Below, piece by piece: positions 54,201 through 64,000 of a stretch of DNA of 64,000 nucleotides. Within the stretch, counting starts at the first letter, position 1. Each line of letters begins with the position of its first letter. The stretch is from the NCBI GenBank assembly GCA_964016885.1, contig OZ024741.1, positions 403,620,001 to 403,684,000 on the forward strand, read 5' to 3'. The notes below the pieces were generated by a model that saw only the letters and a program-made list of their open reading frames with translations, was not told the DNA's origin and ran no database searches. The stretch comes from Eledone cirrhosa. Its lineage: Eukaryota. Made by a program: the position numbers and the translations under genes.

Positions 54201-57200
54201 ATCATGTCATATGATCTGTATCTTCATGGAGCTGTCATAAGGTCATATGATCTGTATCTTCATGGAGCTATCATAATGTCATATGTTCTGTATCTTCATG
54301 GAGCTGTCATAAGGTCATATGATCTGTATCTTCATGGATCTATCATAAGGTCATATGTTCTGTATCTTCATGGAGCTGTCATATGGTCATATGTTCTGTA
54401 TCTTCATGGAGCTGTCATAAGGTCATATGTTCTGTATCTTCATGGATCTGTCATAAGGTCATATGTTCTGTATCTTCATGGAGCTGTCATCATGTCATAT
54501 GATCTGTATCTTCATGGAGCTGTCATAAGGTCATATGTTCTGTATCTTCATGGAGCTGTCATAAGGTCATATGATCTGTATCTTCATGGAGCTGTCATCA
54601 TGTCATATGATCTGTATCTTCATGGAGCTGTCATCATGTCATATGATCTGTATCTTCATGGAGCTGTCATAAGGTCATATGTTCTGTATCTTCATGGAGC
54701 TGTCATAAGGTCATATGATCTGTATCTTCATGGAGCTGTCATCATGTCATATGATCTGTATCTTCATGGAGCTGTCATAAGGTCATATGATCTGTATCTT
54801 CATGGAGCTGTCATCATGTCATATGATCTGTATCTTCATGGAGCTGTCATAAGGTCATATGATCTGTATCTTCATGGAGCTGTCATAAGGTCATATGATC
54901 TGTATCTTCATGGAGCTGTCATCATGTCATATGATCTGTATCTTCATGGAGCTGTCATAAGGTCATATGATCTGTATCTTCATGGAGCTGTCATCATGTC
55001 TTATGATCTGTATCTTCATGGAGCTATCATAAGGTCATATGATCTGTATCTTCATGGAGCTGTCATAAGGTCATATGATCTGTATCTTCATGGAGCTATC
55101 ATAAGGTCATATGATCTGTATCTTCATGGAGCTGTCATAAGGTCATATGATCTGTATCTTCATGGAGCTATCATAAGGTCATATGATCCGTATCTTCATG
55201 GAACTGTCATAATGTCATATGATCTGTATCTTCATGGAGCTGTCATCATGTCATATGATCTGTATCTTCATGGAGCTGTCATAATGTCATATGATCTGTA
55301 TCTTCATGGAGCTGTCATCATGTCATATGATCTGTATCTTCATGGAGCTGTCATAAGGTCATATGATCTGTATCTTCATGGAGCTGTCATCATGTCATAT
55401 GATCTGTATCTTCATGGAGCTGTCATAAGGTCATATGATCTGTATCTTCATGGAGCTGTCATCATGTCATATGATCTGTATCTTCATGGAGCTATCATAA
55501 GGTCATCTGATCTGTATCTTCATGGAGCTTTCATAAGGTCATATGATCTGTATCTTCATGGAGCTATCATAAGGTCATATGATCTGTATCTTCATGGAGC
55601 TGTCATAAGGTCATATGATCTGTATCTTCATGGAGCTATCATAAGGTCATATGATCTGTATCTTCATGGAGCTGTCATCATGTCATATGATCTGTATCTT
55701 CATGGAGCTGTCATCATGTCATATGATCTGTATCTTCATGGAGCTGTCATAAGGTCATATGATCTGTATCTTCATGGAGCTGTCATCATGTCATATGATC
55801 TGTGTCTTCATGGAGCTATCATAAGGTCATATGATCTGTATCTTCATGGAGCTGTCATAAGGTCATATGATCTGTATCTTCATGGAGCTATCATAAGGTC
55901 ATATGATCTGTATCTTCATGGAGCTGTCATCATGTCATATGATCTGTATCTTCATGGAGCTGTCATCATGTCATATGATCTGTATCTTCATGGAGCTGTC
56001 ATAAGGTCATATGATCTGTATCTTCATGGAGCTGTCATAAGGTCATATGATCTGTATCTTCATGGAGCTGTCATCATGTCATATGATCTGTATCTTCATG
56101 GAGCTGTCATAAGGTCATATGTTCTGTATCTTCATGGAGCTATCATAAGGTCATATGATCTGTATCTTCATGGAGCTGTCATAAGGTCATATGATCTGTA
56201 TCTTCATGGAGCTATCATAAGGTCATATGATCTGTATCTTCATGGAGCTGTCATAAGGTCATATGATCTGTATCTTCATGGAGCTGTCATAAGGCCATAT
56301 GTTCTGTATCTTCATGGAGCTATCATCATGTCATATGTTCTGTATTTTCATGGAGCTGTCATCATGTCATATGATCTGTATCTTCATGGAGCTGTCATCA
56401 TGTCATATGATCTGTATCTTCATGGAGCTGTTATCATGTCATATGATCTGTATCTTCATGGAGCTGTCATAAGGTCATATGATCTGTATCTTCATGGAGC
56501 TGTCATCATGTCACATGATCTGTATCTTCATGGAGCTGTCATAAGGTCATATGATCTGTATCTTCATGGAGCTGTCATCATGTCATATGATCTGTATCTT
56601 CATGGACCTGTCATAAGGTCATATGATCTGTATCTTCATGGAGCTGTCATCATGTCATATGATCTGTATCTTCATGGAGCTGTCATAAGGTCATATGATC
56701 TGTATCTTCACGGAGCTGTCATCATGTCTTATGATCTGTATCTTCATGGAGCTGTTATCATGTCATATGATCTGTATCTTCATGGAGCTGTCATAAGGTC
56801 ATATGATCTGTATCTTCATGGAGCTGTCATCATGTCATATGATCTGTATCTTCATGGAGCTGTCATCATGTCATATGATCTGTATCTTCACGGAGCTGTC
56901 ATAAGGTCATATGTTCTGTATCTTCACGGAGCTGTCATCATGTCATATGATCTGTATCTTCATGGAGCTGTCATCATGTCATATGATCTGTATCTTCATG
57001 GAGCTGTCATCATGTCATATGATCTGTATCTTCATGGAGCTGTCATAAGGTCATATGATCTGTATCTTCATGGAGCTGTCATAAGGTCATATGATCTGTA
57101 TCTTCATGGAGCTGTCATAAGGTCATATGTTCTGTATCTTCATGGAGCTGTCATCATGTCATATGATCTGTATCTTCATGGAGCTGTCATAAGGTCATAT

Positions 57201-60200
57201 GTTCTGTATATTCATGGAGCTGTCATAAGGTCATATGATCTGTATCTTCATGGAGCTGTCATCATGTCATATGATCTGTATCTTCATGGAGCTGTCATAA
57301 GGTCATATGATCTGTATCTTCATGGAGCTGTCATAAGGTCATATGATCTGTATCTTCATGGAGCTGTTATCATGTCATGTGATCTGTATCTTCATGGAGC
57401 TGTCATAAGGTCATATGATCTGTATCTTCATGGAGCTGTCATAAGGTCATATGATCTGTATCTTCATGGAGCTGTTATCATGTCATATGTTCTGTATCTT
57501 CATGGAGCTGTCATAAGGTCATATGTTCTGTATCTTCATGGAGCTGTCATAAGGTCATATGATCTGTATCTTCATGGAGCTATCATAAGGTCATATGTTC
57601 TGTATCTTCATGGAGCTGTCATCATGTCATATGATCTGTATCTTCATGGAGCTGTCATAAGGTCATATGATCTGTATCTTCATGGAGCTGTTATCATGTC
57701 ATATGATCTGTATCTTCATGGAACTGTCATCATGTCATATGATCTGTATCTTCATGGAGCTGTCATCATGTCATATGTTCTGTATCTTCAAGGAGCTGTC
57801 ATCATGTCATATGATCTGTATCTTCATGGAGCTGTCATCATGTCATATCTTCTGTATCTTCATGGAGCTGTCATAAGGTCATATGTTCTGTATCTTCATG
57901 GAGCTATCATAAGGTCATATGTTCTGTATCTTCAAGGAGCTGTCATCATGTCATATGATCTGTATCTTCATGGAGCTGTTATCATGTCATATGATCTGTA
58001 TCTTCACGGAGCTGTCATAAGGTCATATGTTCTGTATCTTCATGGAGCTGTCATAAGGTCATATGATCTGTATCTTCATGGAGCTGTCATAAGGTCATAT
58101 GATCTGTATCTTCATGGAGCTGTTATCATGTCATATGTTCTGTATCTTCATGGAGCTGTCATAAGGTCATATGATCTGTATCTTCATGGAGCTGTCATCA
58201 TGTCATATGATCTGTATCTTCATGGAGCTGTCATCATGTCATATGATCTGTATCTTCATGGAGCTGTCATAAGGTCATATGATCTGTATCTTCATGGAGC
58301 TGTCATAAGGTCATATGATCTGTATCTTCATGGAGCTGTCATCATGTCATATGATCTGTATCTTCATGGAGCTATCATAAGGTCATATGATCTGTATCTT
58401 CATGGAGCTGTCATAAGGTCATATGATCTGTATCTTCATGGATCTGTCATAAGGTCATATGATCTGTATCTTCATGGAGCTATCATAAGGTCATATGATC
58501 TGTATCTTCATGGAGCTGTCATCATGTCATATGTTCTGTATCTTCATGGAGCTGTCATAAGGTCATATGATCTGTATCTTCATGGAGCTGTCATCATGTC
58601 ATATGTTCTGTATCTTCATGGAGCTGTCATCATGTCATATGATCTGTATCTTCATGGAGCTGTCATCATGTCATATGATCTGTATCTTCATGGAGCTGTC
58701 ATCATGTCATATGATCTGTATCTTCATGGAGCTGTCATGAGGTCATATGTTCTGTATCTTCATGGAGCTGTCATCATGTCATATGATCTGTATCTTCATG
58801 GAGCTGTCATAAGGTCATATGTTCTGTATCTTCATGGAGCTGTCATAAGGTCATATGTTCTGTATCTTCATGGAGCTGTCATAAGGTCATATGATCTGTA
58901 TCTTCATGGATCTATCATAAGGTCATATGTTCTGTATCTTCATGGAGCTGTCATAAGGTCATATGTTCTGTATCTTCATGGAGCTGTCATAAGGTCATAT
59001 GTTCTGTATCTTAATGGAGCTGTCATAAGGTCATATGTTCTGTATCTTCATGGAGCTGTCATCATGTCATATGATCTGTATCTTCATGGAGCTGTCATAA
59101 GGTCATATGTTCTGTATCTTCATGGAGCTGTCATAAGGTCATATGATCTGTATCTTCATGGAGCTGTCATAAGGTCATATGATCTGTATCTTCATGGAGC
59201 TGTCATCATGTCATATGATCTGTATCTTCATGGAGCTGTCATAAGGTCATATGATCTGTATCTTCATGGAGCTGTCATAAGGTCATATGATCTGTATCTT
59301 CATGGAGCTGTCATCATGTCATATGATCTGTATCTTCATGGAGCTGTCATAAGGTCATATGATCCGTATCTTCATGGAGCTGTCATCATGTCATATGATC
59401 TGTATCTTCATGGAGCTGTCATAAGGTCATATAATCTGTATCTTCACGGAGCTGTCATCATGTCATATGATCTGTATCTTCATGGAGCTGTCATAAGGTC
59501 ATATGTTCTGTATCTTCACGGAGCTGTCATCATGTCATATGATCTGTATCTTCATGGAGCTGTCATCATGTCATATGATCTGTATCTTCATGGAGCTGTC
59601 ATCATGTCATATGATCTGTATCTTCATGGAGCTGTCATAAGGTCATATGATCTGTATCTTCATGGAGCTGTCATAAGGTCATATGATCTGTATCTTCATG
59701 GAGCTGTCATAAGGTCATATGTTCTGTATCTTCATGGAGCTGTCATAAGGTCATATGTTCTGTATCTTCATGGAGCTGTCATAAGGTCATATGATCTGTA
59801 TCTTCATGGAGCTGTCATCATGTCATATGATCTGTATCTTCATGGAGCTGTCATAAGGTCATATGATCTGTATCTTCATGGAGCTGTCATAAGGTCATAT
59901 GATCTGTATCTTCATGGAGCTGTTATCATGTCATATGATCTGTATCTTCATGGAGCTGTCATAAGGTCATATGATCTGTATCTTCATGGAGCTGTCATAA
60001 GGTCATATGATCTGTATCTTCATGGAGCTGTTATCATGTCATATGTTCTGTATCTTCATGGAGCTCTCATAAGGTCATATGTTCTGTATCTTCATGGAGC
60101 TGTCATAAGGTCATATGATCTGTATCTTCATGGAGCTGTCATCTTGTCATATGTTCTGTATCTTCATGGAGCTGTCATAAGGTCATATGTTCTGTATCTT

Positions 60201-63200
60201 CATGGAGCTGCCATAAGGTCATATGATCTGTATCTTCATGGAGCTATCATAAGGTCATATGTTCTGTATCTTCATGGAGCTGTTATCATGTCAGATGTTC
60301 TGTATCTTCATGGAGCTGTCATAAGGTCATATGATCTGTATCTTCATGGAGTTGTCATCATGTCATATGATCTGTATCTTCATGGAGCTGTCATCATGTC
60401 ATATGATCTGTATCTTCATGGAGCTGTCATAAGGTCATATGATCTGTATCTTCATGGAGCTGTCATAAGGTCATATGATCTGTATCTTCATGGAGCTGTC
60501 ATCATGTCATATGATCTGTATCTTCATGGAGCTATCATAAGGTCATATGATCTGTATCTTCATGGAGCTGTCATAAGGTCATATGATCTGTATCTTCATG
60601 GAGCTGTCATAAGGTCATATGATCTGTATCTTCATGGAGCTATCATAAGGTCATATGATCTGTATCTTCATGGAGCTGTCATCATGTCATATGTTCTGTA
60701 TCTTCATGGAGCTGTCATAAGGTCATATGATCTGTATCTTCATGGAGCTGTCATCATGTCATATGTTCTGTATCTTCATGGAGCTGTCATCATGTCATAT
60801 GATCTGTATCTTCATGGAGCTGTCATCATGTCATATGATCTGTATCTTCATGGAGCTGTCATCATGTCATATGATCTGTATCTTCATGGAGCTGTCATGA
60901 GGTCATATGTTCTGTATCTTCATGGAGCTGTCATCATGTCATATTATCTGTATCTTCATGGATCTATCATAAGGTCATATGATCTGTATCTTCATGGAGC
61001 TGTCATAAGGTCATATGTTCTGTATCTTCATGGAGCTGTCATCATGTCATATGATCTGTATCTTCATGGAGCTGTCATAAGGTCATATGATCTGTATCTT
61101 CATGGAGCTATCATAATGTCATATGTTCTGTATCTTCATGGAGCTGTCATAAGGTCATATGATCTGTATCTTCATGGATCTATCATAAGGTCATATGTTC
61201 TGTATCTTCATGGAGCTGTCATATGGTCATATGTTCTGTATCTTCATGGAGCTGTCATAAGGTCATATGTTCTGTATCTTCATGGATCTGTCATAAGGTC
61301 ATATGTTCTGTATCTTCATGGAGCTGTCATCATGTCATATGATCTGTATCTTCATGGAGCTGTCATAAGGTCATATGTTCTGTATCTTCATGGAGCTGTC
61401 ATAAGGTCATATGATCTGTATCTTCATGGAGCTGTCATCATGTCATATGATCTGTATCTTCATGGAGCTGTCATCATGTCATATGATCTGTATCTTCATG
61501 GAGCTGTCATAAGGTCATATGTTCTGTATCTTCATGGAGCTGTCATAAGGTCATATGATCTGTATCTTCATGGAGCTGTCATCATGTCATATGATCTGTA
61601 TCTTCATGGAGCTGTCATCATGTCATATGTTCTGTATCTTCATGGAGCTGTCATAAGGTCATATGATCTGTATCTTCATGGAGCTGTCATCATGTCATAT
61701 GATCTGTATCTTCATGGAGCTGTCATAAGGTCATATGATCTGTATCTTCATGGAGCTGTCATCATGTCATATGATCTGTATCTTCATGGAGCTGTCATAA
61801 GGTCATATGATCTGTATCTTCATGGAGCTGTCATAAGGTCATATGATCTGTATCTTCATGGAGCTGTCATCATGTCTTATGATCTGTATCTTCATGGAGC
61901 TATCATAAGGTCATATGATCTGTATCTTCATGGAGCTGTCATAAGGTCATATGATCTGTATCTTCATGGAGCTATCATAAGGTCATATGATCTGTATCTT
62001 CATGGAGCTGTCATAAGGTCATATGATCTGTATCTTCATGGAGCTGTCATAAGGTCATATGATCTGTATCTTCATGGAGCTGTCATCATGTCTTATGATC
62101 TGTATCTTCATGGAGCTATCATAAGGTCATATGATCTGTATCTTCATGGAGCTGTCATAAGGTCATATGATCTGTATCTTCATGGAGCTATCATAAGGTC
62201 ATATGATCTGTATCTTCATGGAGCTGTCATAAGGTCATATGATCTGTATCTTCATGGAGCTATCATAAGGTCATATGATCCGTATCTTCATGGAACTGTC
62301 ATAATGTCATATGATCTGTATCTTCATGGAGCTGTCATCATGTCATATGATCTGTATCTTCATGGAGCTGTCATAATGTCATATGATCTGTATCTTCATG
62401 GAGCTGTCATCATGTCATATGATCTGTATCTTCATGGAGCTGTCATAAGGTCATATGATCTGTATCTTCATGGAGCTGTCATAAGGTCATATGATCTGTA
62501 TCTTCATGGAGCTGTCATCATGTCATATGATCTGTATCTTCATGGAGCTGTCATAAGGTCATATGATCTGTATCTTCATGGAGCTGTCATCATGTCATAT
62601 GATCTGTATCTTCATGGAGCTATCATAAGGTCATCTGATCTGTATCTTCATGGAGCTTTCATAAGGTCATATGATCTGTATCTTCATGGAGCTATCATAA
62701 GGTCATATGATCTGTATCTTCATGGAGCTGTCATAAGGTCATATGATCTGTATCTTCATGGAGCTATCATAAGGTCATATGATCTGTATCTTCATGGAGC
62801 TGTCATCATGTCATATGATCTGTATCTTCATGGAGCTGTCATCATGTCATATGATCTGTATCTTCATGGAGCTGTCATAAGGTCATATGATCTGTATCTT
62901 CATGGAGCTGTCATCATGTCATATGATCTGTGTCTTCATGGAGCTATCATAAGGTCATATGATCTGTATCTTCATGGAGCTGTCATAAGGTCATATGATC
63001 TGTATCTTCATGGAGCTATCATAAGGTCATATGATCTGTATCTTCATGGAGCTGTCATCATGTCATATGATCTGTATCTTCATGGAGCTGTCATCATGTC
63101 ATATGATCTGTATCTTCATGGAGCTGTCATAAGGTCATATGATCTGTATCTTCATGGAGCTGTCATAAGGTCATATGATCTGTATCTTCATGGAGCTGTC

Positions 63201-64000
63201 ATCATGTCATATGATCTGTATCTTCATGGAGCTGTCATAAGGTCATATGTTCTGTATCTTCATGGAGCTATCATAAGGTCATATGATCTGTATCTTCATG
63301 GAGCTGTCATAAGGTCATATGATCTGTATCTTCATGGAGCTATCATAAGGTCATATGATCTGTATCTTCATGGAGCTGTCATAAGGTCATATGATCTGTA
63401 TCTTCATGGAGCTGTCATAAGGCCATATGTTCTGTATCTTCATGGAGCTATCATCATGTCATATGTTCTGTATTTTCATGGAGCTGTCATCATGTCATAT
63501 GATCTGTATCTTCATGGAGCTGTCATCATGTCATATGATCTGTATCTTCATGGAGCTGTCATAAGGTCATATGTTCTGTATCTTCATGGAGATGGCATCA
63601 TGTCATATGTTCTGTATCTTCATGGAGCTGTCATAAGGTCATATGATCTGTATCTTCATGGAGCTGTCATAAGGTCATATGATCTGTATCTTCATGGAGC
63701 TGTCATAAGGTCATATGATCTGTATCTTCACGGAGCTGTCATCATGTCTTATGATCTGTATCTTCATGGAGCTGTTATCATGTCATATGATCTGTATCTT
63801 CATGGAGCTGTCATAAGGTCATATGATCTGTATCTTCATGGAGCTGTCATCATGTCACATGATCTGTATCTTCATGGAGCTGTCATAAGGTCATATGATC
63901 TGTATCTTCATGGAGCTGTCATAAGGTCATATGATCTGTATCTTCATGGAGCTGTCATCATGTCATATGATCTGTATCTTCATGGAGCTGTCATAAGGTC
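6298..64000. repeat. 36-bp tandem satellite array, more than 57.7 kb, about 1,600 monomers, running off the window edge
   Basis: Uninterrupted head-to-tail GATCTGTATCTTCATGGAGCTGTCAT[AAG|CAT]GTCATAT with a sharp left boundary at 6298. I saw no insertions or inversions and one 1-bp deletion at 44100/44101. Confidence 0.99.

Noticed and set aside
6298-64000. CRISPR array (36-bp repeat with partial palindrome)
   Set aside because: The repeats are head-to-tail with no unique spacers, no cas genes are present and the context is eukaryotic.
6298-64000. C2H2 zinc-finger or other known repeat-domain gene array on either strand
   Set aside because: All three minus-strand frames contain TGA in essentially every monomer. 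The alternative plus frame (MICIFMELSSCH) stops at each AAG-type monomer. The 12-aa period does not fit the roughly 28-aa C2H2 repeat.

Overview
Eukaryotic, AT-rich, repeat-dominated DNA. The interspersed repeats resemble Octopus/cephalopod SINEs; this is recalled similarity and was not searched. Bases 1-6297 are a patchwork of a (CAC)n microsatellite, decayed SINE fragments (one interrupted, with its CORE-like segment amplified into a 45-bp minisatellite), a cluster of small elements nested in (TA)n tracts, and a purine-rich 17-bp minisatellite. The (TA)n cluster holds a 651-bp unit with 78-bp terminal direct repeats, two structured or hammerhead-like remnants and a three-TIR mariner derivative. 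From 6298 to the window end (about 57.7 kb, about 1,600 copies) is one very homogeneous 36-bp satellite, GATCTGTATCTTCATGGAGCTGTCAT(AAG/CAT)GTCATAT. It shows a linked two-state monomer polymorphism, nested higher-order duplications and only one visible indel. The giant 'SYDLYLHGAVI(R/M)' ORFs arise because one frame of the monomer has no stop codon, and I do not call them genes. A canonical-looking 93-nt intron does sit immediately upstream of the array. No confident protein-coding gene, RNA gene or CRISPR array is present.
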